16,333 nt of DNA from an uncultured archaeon (GTDB lineage Archaea; Asgardarchaeota; Lokiarchaeia; Sigyniarchaeales; SOKP01). Where the stretch lies: positions 1 through 16,333 of the forward strand of contig CAYLZE010000112.1 of NCBI GenBank assembly GCA_964388035.1, given 5' to 3'. The notes under the pieces were generated by a model. The model had not been told where the DNA came from and did no database searches. It worked only from the letters and a program-made list of their open reading frames with translations. Both the position numbers and the translations under genes were made by a program. Within the stretch, counting starts at the first letter, position 1. Every line of letters begins with the position of its first letter. This document shows positions 15,407-16,333 of this stretch, in pieces.

Positions 15407-15924
15407 GGGGGTAAACGCTCTAATATTCTTCCCGTCAATCTTGAGAAGGTTTCCTTAACATTCTCTCCCGTTTTGGAAGAAACTTTAACAAAATCAAAGA
15501 AATTAAATTGTTCTAAAAAGGAAAGCGCATAATCATCTTGAACCATGATATCATCCATTAAATCCAGCTTAGTTCCTACAAATAATATCGGAAGCGTGGG
15601 ATCATGTTTGCGGACTATGGTCACCCACTGCTCTAAGTTATCCAGGGTCATCGGGCGGGTGAGATCGAACATCAGCAATGCACCCTTGGCCCCCAGGACG
15701 TAACTCTCCAATAGAAATCGGAACCGCTCCTGTCCCCCGAAATCCCATAGCTGCAAAGTACAACTTGCGCCATCAATCTCTACTTCTTGGAGGAAAAACT
15801 CGACTCCTATCGTCATTTTGGTATCCGCAGTAAAGTTCCCTTCCACGTAACGATGTAGCAGCGTGGTCTTGCCCACTCCCCCTTCTCCCGCTGTTAATAT
15901 CTTTAAAATGAATTTCTTTGGCAT
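15403..15924 (-). CDS. Ras-superfamily small GTPase (Rab/Ras-like)
   Basis: 173 aa. G1 is GEGGVGKTT, switch I is TIGVEF, G3 is WDFGGQERF, G4 is VGTKLD (Thr replaces the canonical Asn of NKxD) and G5 is SSKTG. There is no C-terminal CAAX/CC prenylation motif. An SD-like GGAGTGA lies 12 nt upstream of the ATG. Confidence 0.85.
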   Translation of the reverse strand: MPKKFILKILTAGEGGVGKTTLLHRYVEGNFTADTKMTIGVEFFLQEVEIDGASCTLQLWDFGGQERFRFLLESYVLGAKGALLMFDLTRPMTLDNLEQWVTIVRKHDPTLPILFVGTKLDLMDDIMVQDDYALSFLEQFNFFDFVKVSSKTGENVKETFSRLTGRILERLPP

Positions 15925-16333
15925 TTTCTAAAAGTCACTCCTTTCTCCATCTCAAATAATTTTAGCATGTATTTAATAAGAATCTTCATGGTTTGCGTGT
16001 TCTTCCTTAAACGAGTTCTTTATTGATAATACAATGATGTTAAAAAAACCTTAATTGATTCACTAAGATTATATTATAGGAAATTTAATATCGTAATAAA
16101 ATTTTTTTTTTAGTTATTTTGCTATATAATATAAATCTATAATAAAATACCGTTTTTATAAATATATACTTTTAAAAAGAAACTCACTCATTTTTAGAGT
16201 TTGAAGGGATCTCGATTGCTTTCATGCTTTCCTTTTAAAAATGGTTGTGGTCGATCAAAAATCCCCCCTCTATTAGGAATGAATATTTTATGCAATGAAT
16301 GAAAAATGGTTCATGGAAAACCTGAATAATTTG

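Noticed and set aside
16030-16090. Possible C/D box sRNA (AUGAUGU C-box-like at 16034-16040)
   Set aside because: There is no CUGA D box at the appropriate distance and no terminal stem. The region is simply AT-rich spacer.
16206-16265. Imperfect hairpin GGGAU...AUCCC with internal UCGA repeats
   Set aside because: It has only about 5 bp plus a short palindrome with large asymmetric loops. It resembles no known RNA family and lies near the window edge, so it cannot be interpreted.
1-16333. CRISPR arrays, transposases/IS elements, integrases, tRNA genes, long direct or inverted repeats
   Set aside because: None was detected by eye on either strand. No regularly spaced repeats, no T-arm GTTCRAnnC-type motifs outside the 5S loop C, and no mobile-element ORFs were seen.

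Overview
AT-rich archaeal chromosomal window, gene-dense on both strands and mostly housekeeping. An eL22 (L22e) ribosomal protein homolog and a Rab/Ras-like small GTPase sit among archaeal core genes (aIF2-gamma, TFS, form III RuBisCO), which suggests an Asgard (Loki-like) lineage; this is inference only. Supported CDSs are form III RuBisCO, eL22-like protein, CitG-family protein, TFS, DUF167, a DHH/DHHA1 RecJ-like phosphoesterase, two large sequon-rich membrane-anchored surface proteins (one a C25/gingipain-type peptidase), aIF2-gamma with an extra N-terminal (HhH)2 domain, a VOC-fold protein, an MFS transporter, a DUF861 cupin, and a tightly coupled small-GTPase/Fcf1-like PIN pair. The main finding is non-coding. 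The only GC-enriched intergenic island (about 11631-11805, + strand) holds a complete 5S rRNA in circularly permuted order, with the 3' half (helices II'-V-IV-I') upstream of the 5' half (I-II-III/loop C). All five helices, loop C and the loop E AGUA/GAA motif form only if the two halves are rejoined. The leader and trailer fold into a bulge-helix-bulge-like motif. Its predicted cut sites (11664|11665 and 11785|11786) would ligate to give the conserved 5S sequence GAACCCAGAA-GUUAAAC as a 121-nt circle. No CRISPR arrays, mobile elements or tRNAs were seen. All calls come from reading the sequence and remembered family motifs; no searches were run.
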